DNA from: Candidatus Bathyarchaeota archaeon
Lineage (GTDB): Archaea; Thermoproteota; Bathyarchaeia; 40CM-2-53-6
Assembly: GCA_963833125.1 (NCBI GenBank)
Contig: CAWHWX010000018.1
Span: 128,499-192,498, forward strand
Reading direction: 5' to 3'
DNA length: 64,000 bases
Shown piece after piece: positions 31,950 to 46,444 of the stretch. Made by a program: the position numbers and the translations under genes. Position 1 is the stretch's first letter. Each line of letters opens with the position of its first letter. Below the pieces are notes generated by a model. It made no database searches. It had not been told where the DNA came from and was given only the letters and a program-made list of their open reading frames with translations.

Positions 31950-33445
31950 TTAGCTGGCGTTTCCTAGGTATTTTTCTTGCAGATAATTGATTAACGATTG
32001 GGCGTTGTATTCCTCGCCAAACAGTTTCCTCTGGAGATCCTTGGGAGGGTATATTGCGCCGTACCTGTGTATTTTCTCCTTCAACCAGTCTTTAACTTTC
32101 CCTAACTCACCTTTCGCAATCGTCGTCTTCAGATCCATATCTTTCCGAATTCGGTTGTAGAACATTCCAGCTATTATGTTGCCAAGCGAGTATGTGGCGA
32201 AGTAGCCGATCATGCCTTCACTCCAATGCACGTCCTGAAGTATTCCGTCGGCATCGTTCTGAGGTCGCACGCCAAGATACTTTTCCATGAAGTCTTTCCA
32301 GATTGAGGGAGCCTCGGATACTTCGATTTCTCCGCCGATCAATTTCTTTTCCAATTCATACCTGAGCATTACGTGGAAATTGTAGGTCAATTCGTCGGCG
32401 TCAACCCGGATCAGGCTGGGTTTCACTGAATTCACGTATCGATAGATTTCGTCTTCGCTGTATGGAGCGACAAATGGTAGGTTCGCCTTCAGAGTTGGGT
32501 AAACAAGTTTGATGAATCCTCTGCTTCTCCCAACGAAGTTTTCCCAGAATCTTGACTGTGACTCGTGAACGCCCAATGAAGTAGCTCTGGAGAGTGGGGT
32601 GTAATCGAGTGATGGGTCAATCTGCAAGTCGTAAATCGCATGCCCAGATTCATGAATAGTTGAGTAGAGAGAAGCCTTGAAGTCCGTCCCCTCGTACCTT
32701 GTTGTTATCCTCACGTCCTCTATGGACATGCTCGTCGTGAACGGGTGGGTGGACACATCCATTCTGAACGTCTTTTCTGGCATTTGCATTAACTTCAGCA
32801 CATCTTCGTTCACCCGTTTCATCGCGGGCTCTGCATATGCGATTTCTTCGAGGGGGTGGGTTCTTGGGAACTTGCCTGTCGGACAAGACCTTGTCGAGGA
32901 TTCCCTTCAGTGCGGAAGCCATCGGGGAAAATACTCTATCCACATCGTTCGTCGTAAGTCCTTCTTCATACCTATCCATCAACGCATTATAGGGGTGTCC
33001 CGTGTAACCAAGTTTCTCTGCTTCCTCTCTCTTCAATCCAACCATTTTTTCAAGATAGGGCTGAAACATCAAAAAATCCCACTTTTTCCTTGCTTCTCTC
33101 CAGACAACGGTGCCTTCAATCGCCGTTCTAACAATGTCTTCCAGAAGCTTTGGAGGGACTTTCAAGTGACAATCCTAGTTGTGTCTGAGTACTCTTACAA
33201 ACCCCTTTTCGTCAGTCGCGTTAAGCCCTGGATGTTTTTTCTGCTTTTTGCGCTAAGTCAACTAACTTGGTTATGCGCTCTTGCTTCATCAACTGGGTTT
33301 GAGCAAGTGCGAAGCCTCTCGGTGCCGAAGATCCGAGTGGCATGTAGGTTTCCATGTCCCACTCAGGGAGTGCACTTGCACTATCCAGAGCCCATAGCGG
33401 CTTGTACTTCTCAGTGATGTCCATTATGACTTGGTTCTGAGACAT
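31950..33445 (-). CDS. Carboxypeptidase M32 (Taq-like; several frameshifts)
   Basis: WDMETYMP, HPF, DVRITTRY, IHESGHAIY, HESQSRFWEN, IRVDADE, GILQDVHW. Confidence 0.95.
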
Positions 33446-33575
33446 GAAGTCAAAACGAAGGCGTAGGACGGTATATAATCCAACCGCCTGCTCCCATCTC
33501 CTTAAGAAGTGATGGTTGTTGAATTGCTCATGAGTTCGGTATTATTCAGTTCGTAGAAGGAAGTGTCGAGTTTTC

Positions 33576-33740
33576 ATGAGAATGCAAACCTGTTCCTGTG
33601 GAAGCGGAAAACTGCGAGTAGGCTTCTGTGCCGAGTGTCGAAGAACTTACTGTGATGAATGCAAGTTTACTCATCTCTACACACCCCCTCCAATGAACGT
33701 CGGTGACTTGCTTTACGCGAGCATAAACAAGAGTCGTTGA
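33576..33740 (+). CDS. Putative B-box/AN1-like zinc-finger microprotein (54 aa)
   Basis: MRMQTCSCGSGKLRVGFCAECRRTYCDECKFTH... Confidence 0.6.
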   Translation: MRMQTCSCGSGKLRVGFCAECRRTYCDECKFTHLYTPPPMNVGDLLYASINKSR

Positions 33741-33771
33741 ATTAATGGTCGCCCGTGTGGGGAAGCTTAAC

Positions 33772-34173
33772 TTGATTCAGAGGCCTGCCCGTGGTTTACG
33801 ATGGGATTTGCAACCTCTGCACTGGCGCTGTCCGGTTCCTCCGCTTGATTGATCGAAGCCGTACGCTCGAGTATGCGCCCTACCAAGGAAGGGCGCTATG
33901 GTCGAGGAGGAAATATGGAATGAGCGACCGAGAGTTTCAAGGCCGAATGCACCTCATCCAAGTGGACGGTTCACTAACTAGCGGGCCGGCAGCAATCGCA
34001 AAAAAGTCCGCCGGCTCCTTGTTCCGTTTAAGCTAGTGTGCAGTTTATTCAACAGTTCACTGGCGGATAGGGTGTACGATTTCATTGCGAGTAGGCGCTA
34101 CATGCTCTTCGGATGCAGAGAATCGTGTTTTGTCGTCAGAGAATCTGAGAGCGCAAAGATCAGAATGCGCTAA
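33772..34173 (+). CDS. DCC1-like thiol-disulfide oxidoreductase (DUF393; frameshifted)
   Basis: VYDGICNLC motif; YDFIASRRY.LFGC C-terminus. Confidence 0.85.
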
Positions 34174-35029
34174 AGACTAATTGGATCCCATCAGGATCTG
34201 AAACAAAAAGTCTACCAGACCCGTCGCTTTGTTCGCTTAAATTTCCACCAAGCCTAGAGGAAAGCTCGTTTAGGTTTGCTCGTGGAATGTTGAGAACGAA
34301 GTACTCGTAAGCCTCGCCAAGCTTTCTCGGATCTTGGTCCGCCGAGGCTCTCCCATGTGTTCATTCCAATGTGGTGATGGTAACCTCGGACCAAAAGAAA
34401 AGCCGCGCTTCCCAAATAGCTCATTAATTCCATCCCCAAGACGTTTCTGTAGAATGTTATCGACGTCTGCAGGTCAGTAACCTTTAGGTGCACGTGACCG
34501 ACCGGGTTCCTTCGACGATTCCAGCCGACTCATCATATGCCTCCTTCGAAAGTTCCTTGATGACCGACTCCAGGTCCAAGGGTTGAGTCGCCATCTGAAC
34601 TTCGTCATCTTCAAACTTCCATTCGCTTCTCGGCCTGTCAGCATAAATCTCGATTCCATTACCTTCAGGATCACTCAAATAGAGCGCTTCGCTGACATTG
34701 TGATCCGCGTAACCGTCGAATACTACCCCATTGTTTCCGAGCGAGAGGTACGTTGCAGCTAGGCTCTTTCGGTCGGGAACAAGGAGTGCGTAGTGATACA
34801 ACCCGACCCCGTCAGCGGGAGGTTTCAACACCTTCTCATCATGGTTGAGAATGAGAATAGATTCCTTAGATGGTCCGCAGCCGAGCGGGGTGAAGTTTCC
34901 ATCATGTTGAATTACTTTAAGTCCGCACTCTTGCTCGTAAAATGAGAGCATCGAGTCCAGATCAATTATCCTCAAACATACTGGACCAAGCTTCAAACTA
35001 GGGTCGAGTTTGAAATCTACTTGGGACAA
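34160..35029 (-). CDS. Two-domain VOC protein, catechol-2,3-dioxygenase CatE-like (frameshifted)
   Basis: GLYHYALLVP, ADHNVSEALYLSDPEGNGIEIYADRP, HVHLKV, GYHHHIGMNTW. Confidence 0.88.
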
Positions 35030-35064
35030 TGACCGGCCTCCGATATGTAATCGCAGGCTTCAAT

Positions 35065-36172
35065 TTAAGGCGGGAACTGTCTTGCCTAAACGCGAGGCTC
35101 GTTCTGGACGAATTTCAGCTAGATTGGCTTGATTGCGCCTCTCAGCCGTTTCGTTTGTGACATGTTTACAACTTTGAGATACCCTTTCTCTTCGGTTTTC
35201 AGCTTGCGAAGTTCTATGTACCCAGCCTTCTCAGCGTTTTGCAGAAGTTCAAATCCCTTGTCCGTTCTTGCTATGACGGTAGAATAGCCGGTTGGACAAC
35301 CTATTCCGCCAACTGAAATGTCGCGTATTCAGCGGTGAAGTCGTCACATTGCTTGCAACTGTTTCTTACAAATGAATCCACTTCCTTCAAAGGCACGTGC
35401 AAGAGTTCGTTCTCCCCCGACCAAACTATGAAGGACCCTTTCTTGATTCCCATTCTAGTGATAGCAGCCGGGTCGATTCCTCTGCTCGTAACAAACGCCC
35501 CAACGAGTTGTCGTAGGCGTAGCTTTCCATACAGAACAAGCCTATCGACAACGTCATAGCCTGCGCCAACCGAATATTGCCCAAGGGCGAAGTCTGAATT
35601 CTCCTCACAGCCCTAATTTGGCATGGCGTTCCCACTAAGCCGATCTTGTTCTTCTGGTATTCATTCAAGGCTGACTGCACGCCAAGCAAAGTTGGGCTGG
35701 GAGTGTACTTCGTTCCGGCAGCCTTTACCAAGTCAGAGTACGTCGTCGCAACTTCTGGCTTCGCACGCCACTTCGAATCTCTTCCCGCCACAACTGCGGC
35801 GTCAATCATCTTGCTCTCCAATGCATACGCGAAAAGAGCAGTGACGATACCTCCATCTTGTGCTTGGCCTTGAATTTCTTTGCTGGTTGCCTTGCCCACG
35901 AACGTTCCAAGAGAGATTCCGAAAGGTTCGTCGGGGCGTCTGGTTCGGTTGTGTAGGAAAACCTCAACTTCTTCTTTCGAGAAATCTACATTGGGGCATT
36001 GATAGTAACAGATCTCACAGAGCGCACATGCTCCGACTAGTGTTGGTTGTTCTCCGACGGGCCAAAGAAAGTCGACGGGGCAAGAGGCCATGCAGGCTCC
36101 ACAGAAGGTACACAGATCGGGCCGAATCACCTGGGTGATCAGGATACCGAAGAGCTTTGGTCTTTCAAGCAT
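35065..36172 (-). CDS. FrhB/FdhB family (F420 hydrogenase/dehydrogenase beta-like) Fe-S protein (frameshifted)
   Basis: CTFCGACMASCP, CALCEICYYQCP, QDGGIVT, AGTKY, VGTPCQ, IGLFC, CxxCxD. Confidence 0.9.
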
Positions 36173-36465
36173 CAAACATCGACTCATTGTGAGGTTTTTC
36201 GTTCGCGAGCGGTCAGGAATCAATGAGGAAATGGCTTGTGTTTGCTTTCCATTTCTGAGATACAGACGAGCTCACATCACGACCTGATGCTAATTACCTA
36301 GAATATTCAGTGACTGTTTAAAACCTTTAACAATACAGGACTATGAGTATTGACCAAGAACTCTGGCAACGTGGCTAGTAAGTACTTTACAGCGTAATAT
36401 ACCGCAACAAAAGGAACACCAAGAGCATTGACTCGGCGGTCAATGGACCGAGTCAACTGGAGAAT

Positions 36466-37306
36466 TCAATATTCTCTTCGAAACCTTGCGCAAATCATTC
36501 CGAAATAAGTTGGGACATCGTCGGAGACGATTTCCGGCCGCAGGTTGATCTTATCCGCGATTCCGGCGAGCATGGCCATTTGCCATAGGCTGTCAGGCTT
36601 TGCAGCCTGAACCAAACTCGGTTTGAAGTTCATCACCGCGCTTATTCGTTTCCTGATCAACACATCCAACACCTTCCGTCGTATTCCTTCGCTTGTTTGT
36701 TGAAGCCGTAGGGCCCGTTCTTTTTGTGGGCGTGTGCCTGGTCGGCACTCGCAACGAAGACAACTCTTTTGTTTCGATTAGACTCTGCTTGTTCGGCTAT
36801 CATTTGACCAAATTCAAAGTTCTTGGATAATGGAATCTCGCGCGAAGGCGTCACTATGACAATTTTCGGTTTCTTTCTGCATCGAGGCATCATAAACCAT
36901 AGAGGAACCAGCGTTCCCCAATCCATGGGCATGTCCGACGTGACCCCTTCGGTAGTTCCATAATGCGCTCCGACGACAGGCAAACCCCTTCTCGCCAGCG
37001 GTGGAGCAGTGCTTCGCGAATTTCGCATCACACTTGGTCTTGAGGCTGACAGTTTTCTTGTTTCTTGGGGATGCCTGTAGGGTTCCTACTGGAATTTTCG
37101 GAAAGTACAATGCCGATTTTACCAAACAATCTGAGGTTGTGCGGAGTCGCTATCACAATTGTATCTGGCTTTGCCTTTCCTACATCTGACGCAAGTCCAC
37201 GCAATCCGTTTCTCGTTTTCAGGAACTTCTTCACCGCGGCCTTTGTTGCAAGTTGCTCAATTGCTTCGCTGCCGTGAGGGGCAATGCATGCATACACTAG
37301 GGTCAT
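36466..37306 (-). CDS. LigB/Memo-like class III extradiol ring-cleavage dioxygenase family protein (fragmented)
   Basis: ACIAPHG, PDTIVIATPH, DWGTLVPLWF, ASADQAHAH, PTYFGM. Confidence 0.8.
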
Positions 37307-37334
37307 GTACGGTGCCTAGCTGAACGGGTACGGA

Positions 37335-38161
37335 TCATCGGAACGAGGCCAATATGCTCTTCACGTCGGAGCCAGACCCAGGTGGGACTGTTGCTCGTTC
37401 TTCCTGGGTGGGCCGTTCCTGTTTGATGATGACGCCTACCGTGATTTTGTCGTTCCTTTCAAGTAATTTCGGGCTGCTTCGTGGTTTGTAGGGTCGTGTT
37501 CTGGGCCTATTTCAGATATTTTCACGGAATACTCTTTCCAAGTGTCGTGAAACGTTGGGCATGGGTTCAAGACGTGTATGAGGGCGGAGCCTCGGTGTTT
37601 GATGCATTCTGCGATAATGTGTGCTAAGTGGTTTGGTTTGCCTGGAAAGCCTCTTGCAATGAATGAGACGTGGTATGCAGGCGCGAGTTGGCTGATATCT
37701 ATGGGGTCGTCTTGGTTTCCGGTTGGGGTCGTTTTTGTTTTGAAACCTACGGCAGTGGTCGGGGATGGTTGGCCTTTGGTCTGTGCAAATATACCATTAT
37801 CGAGCACTATGTACGTCAGGTCCGGGATCCTTCTCGCTGCGTGCGGGACGTGTCCTCCGCCTATGGCGAACGCGTCTCCATCTCCAGCTATGCCGACTAT
37901 GCTCAGTCCAGGCTGAGCCATATTGATTCCTTGGGCTATCGGGAGCACCCTTCCATGAAGAGTGTGGAAACCGTAAGTTCTGAAGCCATCTGGGAATCGG
38001 CAGTTGCAACCGATTCCTGAGACGACAACCACCTGTTCGCGGGACAGCGCAAGTTCATGGAACGCCATATCGATTGATTTGAGGACCCCATAGTCTCCGC
38101 AGGCGGGACACCAGCTAGGGTTATAATCGGACCTGTATTCGCCGGATGATGGACTCGTCAA
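37335..38161 (-). CDS. 2-oxoacid:ferredoxin oxidoreductase beta subunit
   Basis: WCPACGD, SGIGC, HTLHGR, GDGD, DNGIFAQTKGQPSPT, PCPTF. Confidence 0.93.
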
Positions 38162-38162
38162 C

Positions 38163-39864
38163 TCATGCCAGCTCCTCTATCTTCTGTAAAATCTCGCCCG
38201 GTGTGAAAGGCATGCCTTCCGTTTTAGTAATCGGAATTGGTTCAATCACGAAATTAATACGCAATAAGTCGCGAATTGCGAAGTATAGTTTAGTTCAGGG
38301 ACCACGACGTGGTCTACCCCTACGAGGAAGGCGTTTATCTTTTCTCTGGGAAGCGGGTTAAGCATTTTGCATTGCAGCCATTTGACTCGAATAAGTTTCT
38401 TTTTCGCCTTGAGAACAGCTTCATGGATAGACCCCTGTGTTGAACCCCATCCAATCACGGCGAGCTTCGCTTCAGGGTCGTCGACTTCCGTTAAGTTGAG
38501 TTTGTCATTCGCAAGCTCCTTCTCAGCTGTCTCTAATTTTCTGAATCTCTTCGCCGTCATCTGAGAATGAGTACTTGTGCCGAAGTTGACTCGACCCTGT
38601 CGTCGTGTTCTGCACTCTCGGCGACGTATTCACCTCCAGCATCGCCCGGAGTTGAAATCGGGGACACACCGTTAGTCGTGACTTCATACCGCAGAAACTT
38701 GCCCTCATCACTCACGTTGGCTTTCTCCCGGTTCACAATTTGCAGGTTATCAATATCCGGTAGGGACACACCCTCCGTGCATTGAGCCAGCGACTGATCT
38801 GTTAACAGAATAACCGGAAGCTGGTACAGTTCTGCCAGGTTAAAGGCTCGGATTGTTTGGTAGAAGCAGTCTTCGACACTTCCAGGCGCGAGCACTATCC
38901 TGGGCACATCGCCGTGGCCTCCAAATAGTGCGTGATTCAGGTCCGATTGCTCGGTCTTAGTCGGTAATCCAGTTGAGGGCCCACCTCTCTGCCGTCGACG
39001 ATCACGATAGGAATCTCTGCCATAGACGCCATCCCTATCATCTCGGTCATCAGTGAGAAGCCGGGCCAGACATTGCTGTCATAGACTTTGTTCCTTCGAG
39101 GAGGCGCCTATTGCAGCGCCGATTGACGCCATCTCATCCTCACCCTGGAAGAACGGGCCGCCAACTCCGGGTGAGAAGATCTACGAGCGATTCGAAATGT
39201 CGCTGGCTGGCGTGATTGGGTAACCCCCATAGAATCGACAGCCCGCGACTATCGCGCCGAGTGCAATCGCTTCGTTCCCCAGACAATACGATCTTATTCG
39301 CTTCTCCAGTCGGCAGAGGCTGAATGTCTCCTTTGGGACGAGATTAAACCCTGACCGGGTTGCTGCGATATTTCTTTTCAAGAATGGCGTCCCCACGTCA
39401 TCCTAGTTTTCCCTTATAACCCCATCCATGATCGTCTCGGAAATGCCGACGGTTCCCGCCGCATATCCGGCAATGATTATGTTTCTGGCCTTGGGGAACC
39501 CAAGCTCATTCCTGGCTATAGATGTGAATGGCGCACCAAATGCGCGCTTTGGTAGGGCCGGGGTATCTCTGGGAGTTCGATTTTGGTCAAATATCAACCC
39601 TCCCTCGGGTTTCAGGTCCTTCACGTGAGATGAGACAGCCTCGGTGTCGAATGCTACAAGTAAATCCAACGTGTCTCCTTGAGAATAGGCATGCCAGTCG
39701 CTCGCTCGAATCTGATACATACACTGACCTCCGCGAATCGAGGAAGGATATGTTCTGAATGTGAAAATTTTCAAACCCATACGGGATAGCGCGTACGTCA
39801 GGACCTCCCCTGCGAGAATGACTCCATCGCCTGATTCGCCTGCGAGTCTAAGGGTCAAATCCAA
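38163..39864 (-). CDS. 2-oxoacid:ferredoxin oxidoreductase alpha (gamma-alpha fusion; many frameshifts)
   Basis: AGESGDGV, YPSSIRGG, GNEAIALGA, YPITPAS, GPSTGLPTKTEQSD, GWGSTQG. Confidence 0.92.
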
Positions 39865-39956
39865 ACGTTTTCAGCTTAGGCTCCCGGAGGTTTTGGTGGG
39901 TTTTAGCCTCACTATTGATTTCCGAAGCTGATTCCAGTAAAATCTCAGTCGAGGAA

Positions 39957-40573
39957 TCATTTTCGGCGAACGAAAAGGATTGAAGGGCTAAGCCCTATTC
40001 TTACGCCAATATCATCAAGTATTTTCTGGAATTTGGCATGGGACAACTTCAGCCCTTTTCGTCCTTTGGGTGGATAGGGGTCATTGAAGACTACGGAACT
40101 CTCGTCAGCATCGGTGACCACTACCCAGTGTGGGATGTTCAAAGAGTGCACAACACCCATGTGCACGAGGGCTATAGGAACGAAGTCCTCTCTAACGCCT
40201 CGCACGACATCGCCAACCATAGGTCGCTTGAATGTGACCCGAATGTGTCTCTGGAGGGCTCGCTTTTGGTTCTGTTTCATTCCGAATAAACTGAGTTCGA
40301 TTTCCTCGGCGGGGAAGTGTCTGCGTAATCTTCTCTTCCAGGGTGCAGCGTCGATGATTTTCCTGCGTTGAGTTAGTAAGCGAACTTCGTATCCTGCATC
40401 AATCAATGGAACGGACAGTCCATAGGGGTCGGCACCCTTTACGCCGATCATATTACATTGGCGCCAAATCTCGAACTCTAGCCCTTCCGAGTTCCAACTG
40501 TGGTTCGAAATGTTTCATCACCATTACGACGCAAGCGGGCCCGCAACTGAAATCAGAACTTTGTTGGTAGTAG
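39957..40573 (-). CDS. Peptidase C39-like family protein (frameshifted)
   Basis: IPYYQQSSDFSCGPAC (catalytic Cys), PHWVVV, FNDP. Confidence 0.8.
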
Positions 40574-40632
40574 GGTATGTTGAACTTCGTCATGGTTCCG
40601 ACTCGAAATTGGTTCCTGGAGCAGCTTTTAAT

Positions 40633-41620
40633 CTACTTTCGTTGTCGAAAGTGTTCCCACCCTTTCATCGCTATCTTGAATTTACGTTCATTCTTCACGA
40701 AGTTTACACCTCGTGATCTTGGGGTTACAACGCCAATCGGTTTCAACCTTCCTCGCGCCGCCGTTTGTGCAACTCGAAGATGGTTTGTCGGATAGTTACA
40801 ATGAGGTTGTATTCTTCTCCACCATATAGTGCCAGATCAGTCGAGTTGTATCGGTAACTGAAAGCGAATCCTTCGCAGCTTTGCTGATCGGTACGTGTTG
40901 AATCTCCATTCCGACCTTACTCATCTTCGATAATTCGTGGAGGCTCCAGGCTAGGCCGTCGCTTGAGTCTATTGACGCACTGACCACTCCTGAAGCAGCA
41001 AGTCTGAGACCCAACTCCAACTCCGCTCGGGGATGGTAGACGGCCCGAGCCAAAGCTCGGGGCAACTTGCTTGGCATAACTCTTCTCTCCAGCAGCGCTT
41101 TCAACCCGGCCGATGCGTCCCCGAAGTCGCTTGTCACGGCGACTATGTCACCGACTCGCGCACCGGAACGGAGAACAATTCGTCGCTCATCCATAAGAGC
41201 GAACAGTGCGATCGATATCACAAGATCTTTTGATTCGTTAGTGTCGCCGCCGATTAATGGGAATCCATATTCCTTAGCACTCCCAGCCAACCCACCAGCA
41301 ATCTCCATCACGCCTCTCTTCGTAAGCGTCGAGGGTAACCCGAGAGCAACAATTCCCGCAATCGGCCGAGCTCCCTTTGCTGCCAGATCACTGACGTTTG
41401 CAACGACAGCCTTTCGAGCGGTCTGCCTCAAACCCATCCCAGGGGGAACGTCCGTGCTGCCAACCAACATGTCGGTCTTCAGCACCGCAACCTGATGCTT
41501 TGCAAGCCTAACCGCGGAAACATCGTCACCGAAACCCACTACAGTTCGCGGATTCGCACCGAGAAAGCGTTCTAGGATTCGAATTACCTCAAGCTCGCCC
41601 AACTGTTTTAGTGAACCCAT
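40633..41620 (-). CDS. thiL: Thiamine-monophosphate kinase (frameshifted C-terminus)
   Basis: LGELEVI, GDD, KTDML, NVSDLAAKGA, GGDT, RSGA, DSSDGL, GGEEY, GWEHF. Confidence 0.94.
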
Positions 41621-42087
41621 CCCGAAACCCTCCGGCATTCAATCCACTGGATCTATGCTCATAACACATATTTTGAATAGTGGGTTGTCTTCAGAGAGCC
41701 ATACTCTCAGGAGCGAGTGAACTTTTCCACGACGTAGTGTGCGTGGGTGAAATTATGGTCCAATTAAACGCAGAAACTCGAGAGCCGGAGTCAAAACCGT
41801 CCTCGTGAAGCTCTGAGAAAGAGGCGCAAACGGCTGAACCCGAGCGAAGAGACTGCAACCCTACCGAATGATCCCATCCCACATTGAAGTTGCGACTGGG
41901 GCAGGAGACGCGTTTGCAGCAGCTTTTCTCGCCACACAACTCAAGGGTTGGAAATTGAAAGACAGCTTAATGTGCTGTGATGACCAGTACTGCCCTAACG
42001 GCAACGGTTAGAGGGGACTACGAAAATATTCCAGATATGGACGAACGACAGACAGTCTTAGGGCACGAGGAGGGTAAGACGGAGTAC

Positions 42088-42261
42088 CTACGCTGAGAGC
42101 GGAGTTTCTAAGTTTCCTGTTTTGTTGGAGATGCATCGGGTACGGGTGGGGTCGCGGTGGGTTCCGGGGCAACTGGTGCAACGCCACATGTGGGATAGGT
42201 GGGATTTGTATTTGTCTAGTCTGACCATTCTGTGGCAGCGTAAGCATTCTAGGGTTTTCAT
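42088..42261 (-). CDS. Small Cys/His-rich zinc-finger-like protein
   Basis: MKTLECLRC...H..H..CTSC...H......C. Confidence 0.45.
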   Translation of the reverse strand: MKTLECLRCHRMVRLDKYKSHLSHMWRCTSCPGTHRDPTRTRCISNKTGNLETPLSA

Positions 42262-42352
42262 CTCTGTGCGGACGTTTCTGTTTCTAATTTGTCTTGGCGT
42301 GTTTTTCACTCTCGGGATTTCAGGTTGATGTTGTATCTATTCAATGTTAGCC

Positions 42353-43528
<1,176 letters not shown>

Positions 43529-43776
43529 TCTAACTTCTTGTTTCCTACGTAAACCGCTTTCAGAAAACAGAACAGCTAAGCTTCCACGTTTCGGGGATAA
43601 CCGGGTTCGTGTTTCGCTGTGCAGAACTTCTCTATCGTCCGCACGGTTTCCGTTCGTGTATGCCCTGAGCCATACTGCCATTTAAACGTTAGTTGAGAAA
43701 TAACGAAGTCTAAAACACGGATACAATACCCAATCTCTAGATTGGTAAGCAGCCTCAAAAGTATGGAGGGAGCCCC

Positions 43777-45735
43777 TTGGGACAATTACTCTGGACGCCT
43801 TCGCAGGAACGTGTCAATCGCACCAACATGGTTGCATTCATACAGTTCGTGAACGAGAGATACGGAACGAGACTCAAATCCTATCGGGAACTGCAAAAAT
43901 GGTCAGTTCAAGCGATTCCCGACTTCTGGGCTGCAATGTGGGAATATGCAGGCATTAAATCGTCTCAAGGATACGAACAGGTCGTTGACGACCTTGCCAA
44001 ATTTCCCGGTGCCAAATGGTTCGTCGGCCTCGACTGAATTTCGCTGAGAATCTGCTCCGGCACAGGGATGAGCGAGCAGCTTTCAGATTTAGAGGAGAGA
44101 CGCGAAAGACTAACCAGGTTACATACGCAGAACTTCATGATCAAGTGGTGCGATTAGCAGGTTCCCTACGTGAGCTGGGAGTACGACCAGGTGACCGGAT
44201 ATGCGCCTACATGCCGAATATTATTCAGGCCGCAATCGCCATGCTCGCATCAACGACCCTAGGCGCAGTATGGACCTCGTGCGGTGCAGAACTGGGACCT
44301 ACCGCGGTCTTGGACCGGTTCCAACAAGTCCAACCAAGAGTTCTCTTCACCGTCGACGGCTACTTCTACAAAAACCAAGTCTTCGACACTCTCTCAACGC
44401 CCGAAAAGTTGCCGACGGAATTCCTTCAATTGAAAAAATAGTAGTGGCATCCTACGTTGATAACGAATCAACAGCAGACCAAATCCCTAAGGCGGTACCT
44501 TTCGATCAATTCCTCTCCGCAGCGGGCTGAGATTCATTTTGAGCAACTCCCCTTCGACCATCCAGTTTACATAATGTTCTCCTCTGGAACGACAGGCAAA
44601 CCAAAGTGTATGGTTCAGGGGGCAGGTGTTCTGCTCAACCATCTCAAGGAACTGCTACTTCACGCTGACGTCAACCGGGGGGACAGAATTACGTAATATC
44701 GTCCCCGAGCTGGATGATGTGGAACTGGCTCATGAGTTCGTTAGCAGTCGGGCCAACAATACTCCTCTACGACGGCAACCCGAATTATCCAGACTGGAGA
44801 CGAATGTGGCAGCTAACCCAAGATGAAAAAATAAGTATCTTTGGCTGCAGTGCGAGCTACATCAACTATCTTAGAAGCATAAACGCCAAACCAGGGCGAA
44901 CGTACGACCTGTCCTCATTGAGAGAAATTTCACAGACAGGATCCCCACTCTCCCCGGAAGGCTTCGAATGGGTGTACAACGAAATTAAACAGGACTTACA
45001 CTTCAACTCGATATCAGGCGGGACAGACATCAACGGCTGCTTTGCCGGCGGAAGTCCCACGCTCCCTGTTTATGCTGGTGAACTTCAAGGTCTTGGGCTG
45101 GGCATGAAAGTCAAAGCCTACGACGAACATGGCAACCCGGTATTCGATATGGAGGGCGAGCTCGTCTGCGAAGCTCCATCACCATCAATGCCGCTCTACT
45201 TCTGGAACGACCCGAACTATGAGAACTACAAGGAAGCCTACTTCAACCACTACGCGGCTGAAGGCAAGAACGTTTGGAGACACGGCGATTACATAGTGAT
45301 TCACAGTGATACCGGAGGAGTAACTTTTCTCGGTCGTTCAGACAGCGTACTAAAACCATCAGGCGTCAGAATTGGTACGGCGGAAATCTACAGCACCGTC
45401 GAAAAGTTCCCCGAAATTGCCGACAGCTTAGTAATTGGGCAGAACTGGAAAGACGATCAACGAATCATACTCTTCATTCAACTAATCCCTGGCCATCGCC
45501 TAACAGAGGACTTGAAGGAAAGGATAAGGAAAGCTTTGCGTGAAAACGCTTCACCACGTCATGTGCCGGCGCTTATTCTCGAGGCTCCAGCGATCCCGTA
45601 CACGTTTAACATGAAGAAAGTGGAGAGCTGGTTAGGAACATTATGAATGGCAGACCTATCTCAAATAGAGACGCGCTCAGTAACCCGGAATCGCTCAACT
45701 ATTTCGAAGCGATCCGATCCGAACTTCAAAAATAG
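43777..45735 (+). CDS. Acetoacetate--CoA ligase (frameshifted)
   Basis: [59 protein letters not shown]. Confidence 0.93.
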
Positions 45736-45777
45736 AATCAAGAAAAAAGGATTTTAGATTATCCACGGTGAAAACGT

Positions 45778-46105
45778 CTAAGCTTTCTTCGTTAGCTTAA
45801 TTTCAATCGTGGAGACGTTTCTCGTTTGGCCCTCTTCACCTAGCACTTCAGTCCCGATGCTGACGTCCTTAATTTCGAGTTTGCCCTCGAAGAAGCGTCT
45901 GCGGCACACCTCAACCACGTCAACTGCCTTCGAAATGACGCTGGCCGTGCGCCTTTACGGAAAGTTCCTTAGTGCCACTGTTGATTTGCATAACGATTGC
46001 GGTAGCGTAAGCCATGAGCGGCTTTTGTCCAATGAGGACTGTGTTGGTTGGAATATTACCTCTGGTGGAAGGAGGCCTTTCTGTTACTGCTCTTTGTTCT
46101 GTCAA
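45778..46105 (-). CDS. albA: Chromatin protein Alba (frameshifted)
   Basis: [34 protein letters not shown]. Confidence 0.93.
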
Positions 46106-46444
46106 GCGTTGTTCACCTCCGTGAGAAAGTATACTGGTAGTGTTGTAACGCCGTCACAGCAAGCGCAGCCAATAAAAGTCTTCTTACGTGAATCGACTGA
46201 TTCGAAAATTGAAACGAGAATCTAGAAATGTGCACCTTGTGGTACACATCTACATCGCTGACAACGATGGACTGTATTAATCGTCGATTAGCTAGGTAGG
46301 ATTATTAGGTTCAACGAAGCCCATGAGTTAGTAAGCTATGATGTACGGGCTGAAGCCGACCGTCTTATACGTGATCAAACGTTCCGACGCGCCAGTTTTC
46401 TCCCGACGAACTAGCTGAACGAACGAAAAGTCGAGGTGAAACGC

